From: Flavobacteriales bacterium
GTDB taxonomy: Bacteria; Bacteroidota; Bacteroidia; Flavobacteriales_D; Parvicellaceae
NCBI GenBank assembly: GCA_026993705.1
Contig: JALWSJ010000405.1
Location: forward strand, 1-37,645
Direction of reading: 5' to 3'
Length of the DNA: 37,645 bases
Position 1 is the stretch's first letter. Every line of letters starts with the position of its first letter. The notes below the pieces were generated by a model, which searched no databases, was not told where the DNA came from, and was given only the letters and a program-made list of their open reading frames with translations. The position numbers and the translations under genes are program-made. This document shows, piece by piece, positions 37,376 to 37,645 of the stretch.

Positions 37376-37520
37376 AATGATGATTTGGGCGATTCCATTA
37401 CGGCATTAAAAAGTAGTTTCGTTGCACTACACCACTTTTTAACGGCGTAATGGTCGGGCTATCACTACTCGCTTTTTTTGCTTGCAAACAGCAAGCAAAC
37501 AAAAAAGAGCTCAAACATAC
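37376..37520 (+). repeat. Structured intergenic element, copy F (3' part missing)
   Basis: AATGATGATTTGGGCGATTCC, hairpin 1 (ATTACGGC...GGCGTAAT), GGTCGGGCTATCACTACTCG, hairpin 2 (CTTTTTTTGCTTGC-AAACA-GCAAGCAAACAAAAAAG), AGCTCAAACATAC. It then breaks off before box 3, and GTAAGCG... follows. Confidence 0.8.
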
Positions 37521-37645
37521 GTAAGCGTACGGTAAAGTACATGTTATTCGTTATTGAGTTCTTTCCAATTTTGAGGAAATAACTCAAATAATTTATTTGC
37601 TTTATGTTCTGGAATACGGTTCAATACATCAAGTAGCCATTTATA
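37521..37645 (-). mobile_element. Terminal part of an IS66-family-like insertion sequence running off the window
   Basis: The outer end reads GTAAGCGTACGGTAAAG; IS66-family inverted repeats characteristically start with GTAA(GCG). The 3' end of a transposase-like ORF stops 23 nt inside this terminus. Confidence 0.5.
37544..37645 (-). CDS. C-terminal fragment of an IS66-family-like transposase (partial, continues beyond the window)
   Basis: Minus-strand translation is YKWLLDVLNRIPEHKANKLFELFPQNWKELNNE*. It resembles the conserved IS66 TnpC C-terminus (Y...L.DVL.RI..H....I.ELLP.NW). Confidence 0.5.
   Translation of the reverse strand, partial: YKWLLDVLNRIPEHKANKLFELFPQNWKELNNE

Noticed and set aside
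10382-37520. Whether the six repeated elements are a CRISPR array
   Set aside because: The units are 150-230 nt, kilobases apart, in mixed orientation and separated by genes. There are no short regularly spaced direct repeats and no cas genes in the window.
1-37645. tRNA, rRNA, tmRNA or riboswitch genes
   Set aside because: I found no cloverleaf-compatible segment and no recognisable conserved rRNA, tmRNA or riboswitch core in the intergenic spacers. This was by eye only; tRNAscan-SE and Infernal would be decisive.

Overview
AT-rich Bacteroidota (Flavobacteriia-like) chromosomal window, mostly housekeeping genes. It holds rpoB-rpoC, radA, a MOP-family flippase, rarA, a TPR/HisKA_2 sensor kinase and a 2-Cys peroxiredoxin. 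A tight minus-strand cluster runs YceI-like, nadD, membrane protein, SAM methyltransferase, patatin, mnmE, followed by a biotin-carrier protein and an AsmA-like protein. Two accessory modules sit side by side, each pairing a large adhesin-like protein carrying a T9SS type-B (CHU_C-like) C-terminal domain with a PorP/SprF-family gene. The most unusual signal is non-coding: six copies of a modular intergenic element of about 150-230 nt, with conserved boxes and two hairpins whose stems differ between copies but stay complementary. Every complete intergenic spacer longer than 200 nt contains one copy. The copies form three inverted pairs bracketing gene cassettes. One copy is cut off by what looks like the end of an IS66-family element at the window edge. 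A perfect 31-nt palindrome made from the element's terminal box lies next to another copy. No rRNA, tRNA or CRISPR array was seen. All protein calls rest on motif recognition in the supplied translations; no database search was possible.
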